From assembly GCF_947568905.1 (NCBI RefSeq), contig NC_079168.1, positions 3,224,001 through 3,288,000 of the forward strand: a stretch of 64,000 nucleotides of DNA, read 5' to 3'. This DNA is from Ostrea edulis. Lineage: Eukaryota. A program made the translations under genes and the position numbers. Positions 1-12,100 of this stretch are shown piece by piece. Every line of letters begins with the position of its first letter. Positions within the stretch are counted from its first letter, which is position 1. The notes under the pieces were generated by a model. That model did no database searches, was not told where the DNA came from, and was given only the letters and a program-made list of their open reading frames with translations.

Positions 1-956
1 GCTCCTGAGCGTTTGAGCACAACTGATCAGGATGCTGTAACTAAGATTTTACTGGTTCAATACTGATCCCATTGGTGGAAACGCATTACACATCTATCAC
101 TGAACCCTATCCAGGTGATAAAAAAATTCAATTCAAATTTTTAAAGGTTTGGTAGATACTATATTTTGTGGCGGAGAGATTGTTTTATCAAAAAGTTCAA
201 AATCTGCATTATATTACAGCTTCTGTTTCATCCAATACATCGTCAATTTTATACCCCTATCTTGTATTTCAGTTTTATAATTCATGATACAAGTAGTTGG
301 GACTTCGAAATAATTCAAATGATGTAATTCATTAATTTGGTTGATATAGTTTTCTAGACAGAACATCGATTCTTGAAATTACTGGAAAGTTTATATAAAA
401 ATTCAGTTTTTTGGCCAATGATTCAAACATTTGATCTATAACTCCATTTTTTAAAGTTCCATTATAAATCCTGAAGACAAGACGTTGTAATCTATGTGCA
501 ATTTTAAAAAATTGGCATTACTCCTAATATGTTCTTTTTTACTCTCAAATTCTACACCATGAATCTTGAGTACAAAAAGGTCATTATTTCCAATCTTCCA
601 GTATTAAACTTTTTTTTATATCTTTAATGTTAGAAGACATTATTATGTATCTATTTTATGAAATGAATGATTGTGTTGTGTTAATACCAATAGACGAATA
701 AAGCTTGAGTAAATTTTAAGTGCAAAAAGATCAAGTTTAAAGCATTGTAGCTCGATAGCAAGCACTATCACCCTAGTTTTTCTGTTTAATTTCCTAAATC
801 TCCTTAAATGTAGAAATCAATAATACATTTCCCCCAAAAATTTACAATCCTACAAAACTCAAGTGCGAACCTCTTTAATTACACCTAGCAGTGATATACA
901 TGTGTAGGGAATTTGCAAGTGTGCTCTCACACACACACACATATATATATATATAA

Positions 957-1216
957 AAAGCACTAAATAATCACAACTAGGTACTGAAAATTTTCGCCCC
1001 AGCCCGGGGTCGAACCAACGACGTACGGCACCCACCGCCTAGCAAGATTGTCAAACCAGTGCGTAAGTCCACTCGGTCACTACGACTTCCCTGTGGCCGA
1101 GTGGACTTACGCACTGGTTTGACAATCTTGCTAGGCGGTGGGTGCCGTACGTCGCTGGTTCGACCCCGGGCTGGGGCGAAAATTTTCAGTACCTAGTTGT
1201 GATTATTTAGTGCTTT
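957..1216. mobile_element. Two head-to-head inverted copies of a tRNA-derived SINE forming a foldback (arms 957..1080 and 1093..1216)
   Basis: Arms of about 124 bp are reverse complements with 2 mismatches; each has an A-box (GTGGCCGAGTGG) and B-box (GGTTCGACCCC)-like motif; 12-nt spacer. Confidence 0.8.
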
Positions 1217-1622
1217 ATATATTAATTAATTGATTTTCACATGCATCGTTTAGATCCTAGGGGTAATTGTAAGGTTGGGTGTTTTAATTGTTTGTTTGTG
1301 CTTTATATATATATATATATATATGCAATGTATTAACACTGATCATATATTTACTAGCAGCATTGACCTATGACTCTCCAGAGCTAATTTAAGCTATCAA
1401 GTCAATCCCGATCCCTGTTTAAGTTTTCTTTGCCTACTAGAATTGATCATTTCAAAGAGGATCAAAGGCAACAACCCCGATGATCCATGCATCTAAATGC
1501 GGTGCTGACGTTTATAAGTAAATGTGACTCAAGCCAAAAATTCATTTGGAGATTATTTTTCTTATATTACCATGACATTCTTCATTGGAAAAATTAAAAA
1601 TGAACTCTCCATGCATAGGGCC

Positions 1623-1708
1623 GGGCTAAGCCTGTTTTGGGCCCGAACTCTGTGATACCATCTATATTTATGGTATCACAGAGTTCGGGCCCAAAACGGG
1701 CTTAGCCC
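1623..1708. repeat. Short palindromic hairpin / MITE-like element
   Basis: 38-bp arms (1623..1660, 1671..1708) with 1 mismatch and a 10-nt loop. Confidence 0.8.
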
Positions 1709-1827
1709 CTGTGTCTCCATGTGGCATGCTTGAGAATGATATATGCCTAATAATAAGCACAGATCCTTTGAAAGAAACATCAAAAGACGAATTAAACTAC
1801 AGTCAGAGAGAGAGATTTAGAAATAGA

Positions 1828-1829
<2 letters not shown>

Positions 1830-1881
<52 letters not shown>

Positions 1882-1900
1882 CACAGAGAGAGAGAGAGAG
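1830..1900. repeat. (AG)n microsatellite
   Basis: Direct reading; explains the ERERER run in ORF 1711..1953. Confidence 0.95.
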
Positions 1901-3119
1901 GTATTACATGGCTCACGAATTTAATTTGGATCTGTAAAGCAATGTACATGTAAAACTAAATGATCACGTGACAAATTGTATAGCCGTAGATCTTTTCGTC
2001 ATGTAAATTAGAAGCTAAAAAAATATGACTGCCATATAAATATATAAAATTCTCAAACATAACATTAGTTTCCAAAGGAAAATATTTAATATCAACAACT
2101 TATCAATACGTGTTTGACATGAAAGAAAAAGCAATACCTTCAAACCTTTTTCCCCAACAGGTAAAATAAATTTTCCAACACTTCAGTCTTCATTTTTCTG
2201 TATACACCCAGTGATATTACACTTCGAATGAAGATTAGTATTTCATATAGGTAGCTAGATTACAAAAGATTAAACTGTTGTACATGATATGTATGTAACT
2301 CATTCGTCGAGGGATTAACCAGTGAATTAACAAAGCCCGTTGGTGCTGTATAATCTCTCTTATTAAAGATTTACTTTTCTATCATCCAGATTTCAGCTTT
2401 GTGCATTCGGTAGTAAAGTAGTGAGAGGGGCGGCAGTTAGTGTCCGAGGCAAATCGAAAAGCTTATCCATTCATACAACTGTTTCCGATCCGAGTCATCA
2501 TTGGAAAGTATTTTGACATCAAATCAGAAGATTCATTTTCATCCATCTATTTAAAAACGAAATTGAGGTGATGAGCGGGGTTGTCTGTGGCCCCATAATT
2601 AATTCCCTATATAACTACTAGTACATACAGGTACTGCTCGTTCATGTGAGAGCAAAATTTGACACTCCTTTCCATTCGCATATTAGCCATTCTCTAGAAA
2701 TGGTTCCAATTTCATGGAAGCAAATGGTTAAAAATCAATCTCAATTGGCCGGTGACCAAACAAGTTCTTTGCAATTCCTGCGCTTACATTTTTGTTGATC
2801 TTTCATTAAACTGTTCCTCTTGGTCTCTTTTGGGGTCGGAGGGGGTTACTTTCTTTGTGTCTCCACCTCTTCTGTCTTTCTGTGTTTGCAATATCTATCC
2901 CAGAAGACACTAATAAGCAGATTCTCAAAACTTTGATTGAGCTGAAGTAAAATACAACTTCAACCAATTACTTCTGACCTCCGTGCCATAGTACATACCA
3001 CCACTCACAATAAGAAAGAAAATAAGATTTTAGATTCAAGAATAGCTACGTGTGATGTTCACTTGTATCATCATCAATAACACGAGCATCACATACAATG
3101 TACATCATTAACTGATTTT

Positions 3120-3280
3120 TCGGATGAGACCACAAAAACCGAGGTCTCGTGTCACAGCAGGTGTGGCACGATGAAGATCCCTCCCAGCTCAAAGGCCATA
3201 AGCGCCGAGCATAGGCCTAAATTTTGCAGCCCTTCACTGGCAATTGTGACGTCTAGTCTCCATTCCAGTGAGATTCAATC
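3120..3280 (+). mobile_element. Fragment of a dispersed SINE-like family (core GCAGCCCTTCACCGGCAATGGTGACGTCTCCATATGAGTG)
   Basis: Related sequence recurs at about 14445..14662 (-), 14750..14815 (+), 45200..45530 (-), 60560..60795 (+) and 61840..61900 (+). Confidence 0.65.
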
Positions 3281-3307
3281 ATTAATACCGGTAATATCAT
3301 TTAAAAC

Positions 3308-3895
3308 ACAAGAGGCCGACGGGCCTTAACGGTCATCTGAGTATCATAGCCTATATACACGAAGTCTCATATTTGCATATAAGCCCCTCAATATGGAATA
3401 TTTTGTGCACATGACGTTTATGAGAGCTTCATGGACATCATAATATGCATTTAGCTTTTCTTAAATATATATATATGGGAGTAGAGATTGAAGATGATTG
3501 TTTACGATTTGATCCATTTTCACTATATGACCCAAAGGTCTGGACCCCTGAATTTCACAATTCAGGTAGAAAGCTTCATGGCCACCATAATAATGCATCG
3601 AGTTTTTCTCAAATATATTATAGGATTAAACATCCTTTTTGAAGATGGGCAACATAACCATGCATTTAGTTTTTCCAGTAGAGAAGATTTTTGAAAATAT
3701 GGCCTTTTTAGCATAGTTGACCTGCTCATGAGGCCCCAGGGTTGTATAAAGTAATAAATTTCATATTCCTCTTATCCTAGAGATGCTTCACACCAAAAAA
3801 GGCAATGAACACCCTTGTAGCTTTCAAGAAGTTAAAAATGTAACATCGTTAACGGACGACGACCAACGGCAGTAGGTCACCAAAGTGACTCGGAT
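3308..3895. mobile_element. HINE/Helentron-like non-autonomous element (degenerate)
   Basis: Begins ACAAGAGGCCGACGGGCCTTAACGGTCATCTGAG, has two related internal repeat units of about 160 bp, and ends in a GGAC/GAC microsatellite-like stretch; resembles oyster HINE architecture. Confidence 0.5.
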
Positions 3896-4473
3896 ATTGC
3901 AAGCATTCTCATGAACTGGGGAGGGGGTCAACATTCATAAATGTTTTTAAAATAACTGACATCCGTAACGTTGCCGAAAATGTAGAAGATGTTTGTATTC
4001 ATGAAGATAGGCCTAACTGACACATGCAGTTAAATTCCTGATTAGAAATTTTAAATTTGAGAATACTCTTGAATATTGAAAACGACCATATAAAATTTTC
4101 AAAATTAAAGTAAATCGTGGTCTCTTGTTTAGGAAAACGTAAACGATAAAAGAAGCAACAATTTCTTCCACTCTACAACCGCACGTTTAAGAAAAACTAA
4201 ATGCATAGTGATATAGAGCAGGAGGGCCTCTACCAAAATTGTAAATTTCATGATCCCCAGGTAGGGGTTCTGACCAAAGGGCAGGGCCATTACTTACTAC
4301 ATAGTGTTTATGTGTAAAGTACTTTTATAACAAACAATTTAGATTCGTTATAGAGGTAATTCATTACATCTAATGAGTTCATCATAAGTTTTAAAACTAC
4401 AGGGAATAAAAATCACTTCGCTGTAAGTACGAATTCATTATAAGTATGTTCGGCTGTTTGGTTTATTTATGTT

Positions 4474-4626
4474 ATACTGCACTATAAACATGAATTCATC
4501 GTGAGTGTGTAATACTGTACTATAAGCATGAATTCATTATGAGAGTGTAATACTGCACTATAAACATGAATTCATTGAGAGAGTGTAATACTGTACTATA
4601 AACATGAATTCATTATAAGCGTGTAA
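4474..4626. repeat. 38-bp minisatellite, 4 units, downstream of the MRPS30 stop
   Basis: ATACTGYACTATAARCATGAATTCAT units start at 4474, 4512, 4550 and 4588. Confidence 0.9.
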
Positions 4627-4738
4627 CAAAGTTTGCTTTATTTTTTTTTTTTACTGTTTCACATCTCTTTACATCTAATGAAGATAAGAAGAATCCATTC
4701 CTTGATTCAGTGAATCAGTTATTCAATGAATCAGTTAT

Positions 4739-7700
4739 TCAGTGAATCAGTAGCTGTGATTCATCATACACCACGTCCTCCTCCACCTTCTTTGTTTTAA
4801 CTTTCAGTTCGATCCACTCCTCCACTTTCACTCTGTCACGTGAATCATGAGGAAGCATTGGCTTCATGTCGTATCCTCTCTCCCGCGTCTGACACAAAAC
4901 AAAATCGATCAAGCTCTCTAAAACCTTGGGATCAAATCCCACAATTGTGTTGTCAGTGAACGTTTCGTACAGCGCCATTTCTGGGGTGTGCCAGCAGAGA
5001 TTATGGATGGGACTGGCCTCCGTGTTCTTCCATAGCTGTAACGTGTTCAGCTGGTTGGCAAAAAACTGAAACTTCCTTCCATCCGTTAAAATTCCAAAAT
5101 TGGTGAAAGGATAAGTGATATCCACATAGCTGTTAAATCCTAAAAAAGAGGAATTTGCCATTAATTTCATGGTATGTTAACAGTTAAAATACACGTAGAT
5201 GTACTTTAATTAATTTCTTTAATTATTAGGTTAGAATGTGTCAGATTAGAGTCTGATAAACAGTTAGTGTTTCCTCCATGAATTTAACTGTATTATATGA
5301 CTGCAGCAGTAAGCTCTGACAGGTGCTTTTTTCTTGACTACTTCCTCCATCCTATCTTTTGATAATGAATACAACATTTACCCTGATAATGTGCCATGGC
5401 CACATTCCAAGCAAACCCAGTGCTCATTCCCCAGCCCACCCGGGCCTCTGCTGCATATTTTTCTCCATAATCCTGCTCCATCTTCAGAAGTTTGTTCTTG
5501 TTGGTGTTCTGTATAAACATGTAGCCAAACTCTGCAGGATCTCCTATATTATACCCTACAATAGATACCAAACATTTTGTAATCGATCTCAATGTTCATT
5601 TCCTGAAGTAAACAAGAGGTACTGTGAGCAATGCTCACTAAGAATACCCCCCGCTTACCCCAATCTCCCAAAGGGTGTTGGTAATAGGTATAAACTACCT
5701 CTTTTCTGAGTGTAAAAAAGAAATGGCATGACAAACCGAACCATATTGCTACTTCGATGCCCAGTGCGCGTGACCTTTGACCTCAAAATCGATAGGGAAC
5801 ATCTTCATCCCATGGGTAGTCCATATGCATGATATGGTGACTGTAGGTGGAAAGGATAACGCTTTAGAGCCCGGAAACCATATTGCTACTTCGATGTCCA
5901 GTGTGCTTGACCTTTGACCTTTTGACCCCAAAATCGATAGGGAACATCTTCATCCCATGGGTAGTCCATATGTATGATATGGTAACTGTAGGTGGAAATG
6001 ATAACGCTTTAGAGCCCGGAAACCATATTGCCACTTCGATGTCCAGTGTGTTTGACCTTTGACCTTTTGACCCCAAAATCGATAGGGAACATCTTCATCC
6101 CATGGGTAGTCCATATGTATGATATGGTGACTGTAGATGGAAAGGATAACGCTTTAGAGCCCGGAAACCATTTGGCTACTTCGATGTCCAGTGCGCTTGA
6201 CCTTTGGACCCCAAAATCGATATCATAGGGAACATCTTCATCCCATGGGTAGTCCATATATATGATATAGTGACGGTAGGTGAAAAGGATAAATGCTTTA
6301 GAGCCCGGAAACCATTGCATCTACAGACGGACGGATGGAAGAACAGACGGACAACCCGATTCCAGTATACCCCCCCCTCCCCCGCAACTACTTGTTGCGG
6401 GGGGTATAAAAAGAAAAAAGGCAGAGAACCAGTTTTTAAGTTGTGCTTCAACATGGCAATGTTGTTTAATTTCAAATTTACACCACAGGGGAACAAGGGA
6501 TGACACGAAAATAGGATACCAGTTGTAAACAAATCTCAAAATCACCTTTAGTTCCAAGAAACATCGAATCTTCCTATCCAAAGGGTGTTAAACATTTCGT
6601 AATACAAGTCCAACGTAGTCCGATCCTTTCATATTTAATTTAATGAGTTTTATAAATGAAAATAATTCAAGCTGTCTGCATTGTCGTCGATCACGCACAG
6701 GAAAAGATAACTCCTGCAATGAAAGTAATGTAGTCCAATCCTTTTATATTGGATTTAATTAGTTTTATAGACTGGAGTGCTGTACACTGCATTTAAAATC
6801 AGGCTGAAATAGAATATTACCTTACAAAGAAAAAAAATTTCCATTTTAATACCGTTATTTGCGTAAAAAAAATTCTAGGTTTTTCGTTCTACATATAAAC
6901 GCTCCCGAGAGTTTCCGAAAACTGGAAGTTAGTTCATTGCAGGAGTTATCTTTTCCTGTGCATGATCGACGACAACGCAGACAGCTTGAATTATTTTCAT
7001 TTATAAAACTCATTAAATTAAATATGAAAGGATTGGACTACGTTGGATTTGTATTACGAGATGTTTAACACCCTTTGTATGAGAAGATTCGATCTGTTTC
7101 TTGGAACTAAGGTGATTTTGAGCTTGTTTACAACCGGTATCCTATTTTCGTTTCATCCCTTGTTAGATATTTGTATATAGATTGAGAACAAAATGGATAA
7201 GAAGCCCCTGTGTTTACACTGAACTAAATAAAATGATGACTGACAAATTGAGAAAACAAATCCTGTATATGATCAGAATGAACACAGTCTCGATTACAGG
7301 AATCGGCAGTTTCATCTGTAAAGGTCTACATCGTAAGCAACAACCACTGAGCTTCGCGAGCGCTCACAAAGCTCGTGGTTGTTGTTTACATTGTAGACCT
7401 TCACAGATAAAACTGCTGACTCTATGTAAATCATAACAGTGGCACAAAATGTGCACAAAGGTGGCATAGAGACATATATCAATTGTCATCATGAACCTTG
7501 CAACTGAAAAAGTTCAAAACTCTGTTGCTCACTGTTTGTTTTCTTCACATTTTCACCCTCAGTCCACAACTATGCTATGATATATATGTGTATTGTGTAG
7601 CCCACTAGTTGGTATATCATTATATGCATTTACCTGGATTTACAGTGATGAGATCATCCCCAAATGAACCCCCATATGTCTTGGGATACAGGTGCTTGGT

Positions 7701-8994
7701 AGGTTCCTGTAGGTTCACTTCAGTTCCCATCTTTAGTGCTCTCTTTTTCTTCTCCTCATTCCTGTCCGCATACACCTTCAACCTGTCCTCCTTCAAATGA
7801 TCTTCATCAAACACGGCATCTTGAATGTCCATAAACTACAGAATTGTTTCATAGTGAGACATAAATTGTTGGCAGCATATGAAATTTAAATGGAACAAAT
7901 GCACATTCACTTTTTCCTGAGGTAAAATTAAAATGTTTACATTATGCCTCTGTCTGTTTACCATGCATCAAAGAAAAAATAACACACAGAACAAATTTTT
8001 AGGAAGTAATTAAACATGGATTGCACAATTTAAAGTACATGGTGCAATTGTAACAAGATTATTCTGTTTGTATTACTGTGTTTTATTCTTGCTATACATT
8101 TGACATTTTCATCCAGTGTGTTATGCATACCTCTGGGAGAGGGTTTTCGCTCCTGACCATGAAGCTGACTTTTCCATTAGCATACACTCTTGAATTCAAC
8201 TGCAGTTCAAAAGGTGTGCGCTTTCTATGAAGTGTCTTCATTTCATACCGATTATAAATAGGGTGACGCTTCCTTATAATATTGGGTGGGTTCATTCTTT
8301 TGATTCCATACTTGTCCCAATGAGCCGCTATTTCGACATTTTCTGTGATCTGCATTTCAGAAAGGTGAGGATACTGACTTCCTAATATTGTTGATATAGC
8401 ATAAAGTAGTCTTTTTATAATGATACTGGAATGTTGATCTTCCGTTAGTCTTTCATCATTGTAACCAAGGAAAGGCTTTGAGTGTCTTCTATCAAGCTGC
8501 GTGTGTTCCTCAGTAAGAATATCTATCACAATTGGTTCTAGGGTGTTTTTTACTTTAGTGAGCTCTTCATCATTTATCTTATCCAAACAGTGAATTTCGT
8601 CTCTCAAATTAGCAACTCGGTTAACCACCGTTTTTGTCATTATTTGCTGGTATTTCAAATTCCCCGGAATTCTATTCAATAATGGAAAATTCCAGTACTT
8701 ATAACAACGGTTATTTTCACAGTACTTTGTTTCCATGAGGCGATTCCTTTCCGCTACTGTGGGCAACAACATGAACTCTTGTTTAGAATCATACCAATCC
8801 CAAGCGACTATCGGCTCCATATCACCCCATTTTCCAGGAGGCATTCGAGGTTTGATGGGCGGGTAAACTGCCTTTTGTTCTTCAGTATCATGTTCATTTA
8901 CACATGCTGTAGACAGACCTCTGTGATTAAACCTGCGAAGACAATGTTGAGTTTTTTGTAACCTTGATAACTTTCTTGACCACATGGCGGCCAT
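4739..8994 (-). CDS. MRPS30: Mitochondrial ribosomal protein S30 (mL65); exons 8994..8131, 7835..7634, 5555..5382, 5139..4739; about 546 aa
   Basis: GT-AG introns with compatible phases (0,1,1); total 1641 nt. N-terminus MAAMWSRKLSRLQ resembles a mitochondrial presequence. C-terminal YQGFNSYVDITYPFT-NFGILTDGRKFQFFANQLNTL...NLCW matches the remembered MRPS30 family motif (QGF..DVT.PF..Q..ITDG..FSF..YQLNTL). Confidence 0.9.
5735..6411 (-). mobile_element. HINE/Helentron-like element carrying about 4 tandem 137-145-bp satellite-like units, in MRPS30 intron 2
   Basis: Units start at 5741, 5878, 6023, 6168 and 6312; GACG/GGAC microsatellite and terminal hairpin CCCCCGCAAC..GTTGCGGGGG followed by TATAAAA at the 6411 end; other end truncated. 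Confidence 0.8.
6492..7164. mobile_element. MITE/foldback element with about 232-bp terminal inverted repeats
   Basis: 6492..6723 is the reverse complement of 6933..7164 with scattered mismatches; no TSD evident. Confidence 0.85.
7306..7416. repeat. Imperfect hairpin (about 49-bp arms, 14-nt loop) in MRPS30 intron 2
   Basis: GCAGTTTCATCTGTAAAGGTCTACATCGTAAGCAACAACCACTGAGCTT pairs with AAGCTCGTGGTTGTTGTTTACATTGTAGACCTTCACAGATAAAACTGC. Confidence 0.8.
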
Positions 8995-9183
8995 TACACA
9001 CGAAATGCCGAGCTCGACTCTAATGAAAATATACCTGAATTTAAAAAAAAAAACAACAACAAAAAACAACATTAACTGCATATTTTATCGAGAAAAGTTT
9101 GATGTTAAGTATTTTTTAAATTAAACTTTGAATATCAATTAATCGGGATCGCAAATGGGTCTCTTGATCACATGACACTAAAT
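8995..9183. promoter_or_regulatory. Putative bidirectional promoter between MRPS30 and GALK2
   Basis: Only 189 bp between divergent ATGs; E-box-like GATCACATGAC at about 9166; YY1-like AATATGGCGG overlaps the GALK2 start. Confidence 0.7.
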
Positions 9184-12100
9184 ATGGCGGAGAATGTACC
9201 TGTCGTCGATTTTCAACATGTGCCGCAGACGGCTGCAGCTGACAGGTAACTTCTTCCTGATATTACCTAACGATGAAATTGAAAATATCACATTTCACGA
9301 CTTTAATCAGATGATTTGGATCAGTTGTTAAAGACGACTGAGTCAATTTTGAAAAATAAACAAGACATTTAATTTTTTTTTAACCACTGTTAACAGCTCA
9401 CATCATATTATTATCACTTAATCCAGTCTCCTTTGACTTTGATAATGACCCCCTCATCTTATTATCAATATGCACTTGTATGTGCAAAACCAGACTAAAT
9501 ACTCATCGAAAATTAAGCTCTGACAGCTGTCTATTTTGCATTTTAACGACGTTGACAGAGAATTTTAAGGAAAAAATTATTTACTTTATTTTTGCAGATT
9601 AAAGAAGTTGACAGAAAATTTTGAAAAAAGGTTTGGGTGTAAACCAGAATTTTTCGGAAGAGCCCCGGGAAGAGTAAATTTAATAGGTAAATGCATGTTA
9701 TGCCAGTCAGCTGTCTCCCTATTCATGTTCACCAAAACAAAATTTACCGTACAAACACATCAGTATCTAAAACAACAGTAAATGTACTTATTATCATACC
9801 ACATTTACACAACTATAGAGTTAAATATAAAAGCAGGTACTTATAATTAATTAAGATAAGCCCTCACCAAAGAGGGCTTATCTTAGCATGATTACTAACA
9901 AATGTGAAAATAGACTGAATTAATCAGACAATAATACAATGAAAGACAACAGGCCTATCAGATTTGTAGTGCCCTAATCAGAAACTTTAAAGCATTAAAA
10001 CATAAGATTGAAAACCAATCTCGTGACATTATTTGACACAAATTTATATAAAATGATTATCTGCCATTAATTATAAGTACCTGCTTTTATATTTAACTCT
10101 ATAGTTGTGTAAATGTGGTATGATAATAAGTACATTTACTGTTGTTTTAGATACTGATGTGTTTGTACGGTAAATTTTGTTTTGGTGAACTTGTTAACTT
10201 TATCAGGAAATTAGAATCTGCACTTCTTGGTAATGAAAATATATATATACTTTTGTGTACCATGGATTGACTGTAAATGGGTTTTACATTGATATACTAT
10301 ACTGCTTAGATTTACAGTACATGTATATATAAAAGAAGGACATTGTTTATCTTCGTCTTTATGTATAAGGAGAGATTTACAGACACACAAAAGTTCAAGT
10401 GGTACTTGATTTATCAGGCTTGTGTAGACCATTCACCAATGTTACAACAAAGAGCATGAAGAAAGAGAATGTTTTGTTTGTTTGTCAATGAGTTCATCAG
10501 TAGACTTTGACACGTCAGTCATATTAAATATTCTTGAGATGTCAGAGTCCCTGTACAGAATGATTTAAGATAAAACATTGTTTTAGTATCTGAGTATAGT
10601 GCAATATTTGAATAGTGTTTTACCATCCGAGTATAGTGCAATATTTATAGTGTTTTACTATCCGAGTATAGTGCAATATTTATAGTGTTTTTGCTATCCG
10701 AGTATAGTGCAATGTTTTTAGTGTTTTACTATCCAAGTTAGTATAGTGCAATATTTATAGTGTTTTACTATCTGAGTATAGTGCAATATTTTTAGTGTTT
10801 TACTATCTGAGTATAGTGCAATATTTATAGTGTTTTACTATCTGAGTATAGTGCAAAATTTATAGTGTTTTTGCTATCCGAGTATAGTGCAATATTTATA
10901 GTGTTTTACTATCTGAGTGCAATATTTATTGTGTTGTGCTTGATTATTTTCTGGATCTCCAGATTCAAGTTTTGCAGTAAACTATTGAGTTTTTAAATGA
11001 AAGTGATTTTTTTTCTTAATTCAAAAATCATAATATGCCCACATAAGTTTTGTTTTAAAATTACATGATTTCTATTTATGTCTCCCTTAGGGGCGTCCGT
11101 GGCCGAGTGGTTAGAGCATCACGGTCAAAATCACACGGCCTCTCACCTCTGTTGGCGCAGGTTCGAATCCCGCTCGCACCGGTAACTGAGAAAGTTTCCC
11201 AATTTACTTTCAGAAGGTCGGTGGTCTCTTCCCAGGTACATTGTATCTGGGTTCTCTCTTCCACCAATAAAAACTGGGCGCCACCAGGTATAACTGAAAA
11301 ATTGTTGTGTGTGGCGGAAAACATCGTTGTGTGTGGCAGAAAACATCAATCAATCAATCTTCCAGAGGGAGCCATATTGTTTTTGTACTTTCTGTCCATC
11401 CATGTATCTGTCACAAAATCTTGTGAATGCTTCTCCAGACTCCTACATGGCTTAAATTATCAGATAGACTTGAAACTTTGTACAATGCCTCATTGCCATT
11501 TGTAGATAAGGGGTTTAGATTTACGCTTTCCCGTTGCCCAGGACAAGTGCAATGTCGTATCGGGAAACAGACTTAGAGTGATGAGCTTACCCGCACGGGA
11601 AAGTAATAAATTTTGAAATGAATGTTTATTCAGATCAATTAAACGTAATATTGACCACGTTAGATTATCAGTACAAGAGGTAATGATTGCAATGCCAATG
11701 GATTTAAATATCAGACCGATTGCAGTCTTTCATTCCAGTTGGTAAGCATATGGTAAGTAAATACAACTCTGGACCATTACTAATGCAGACTTTACTATGA
11801 TACCGATACTTCTTGTTTTTAGGGGAACACATCGATTACTGTGGTTACTCAGTGTTGCCTATGGCGATAGAACAGGATGTTGTTATTGCCGCAGCAGCAA
11901 CAAAATCTCAAGAAGTTTTACTTTCAAATGTAAAAAGTGATTTATACAGGTACCTTGGTGATTTAATTAGAAAAAAATCAAGAGTACTGAATTGATTAAT
12001 TGTCTATTGAGTTTCACATTCAGATATATATTTGTAATTCCTTAAAGGTGACTGATGAAAGCTTTGTGGTGATAAAAGTGTTTTTATAAAGCCAACTTTA

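Noticed and set aside
2788-2894. Candidate minus-strand exon (ILQTQKDRRGGDTKKVTPSDPKRDQEEQFNERSTK) with AG and GTAAG ends
   Set aside because: No recognisable homology and no phase-consistent neighbouring exons could be built; needs RNA-seq.
5749-6532. Overlapping ORFs with repeated MGSKGQR/WTTHGMKMFP peptides
   Set aside because: Translation of the 145-bp satellite units inside a HINE element; no splice or homology support.
11090-11180. Functional tRNA gene
   Set aside because: A and B boxes are present but there is no proper acceptor or anticodon stem; it continues into a SINE body and tail.
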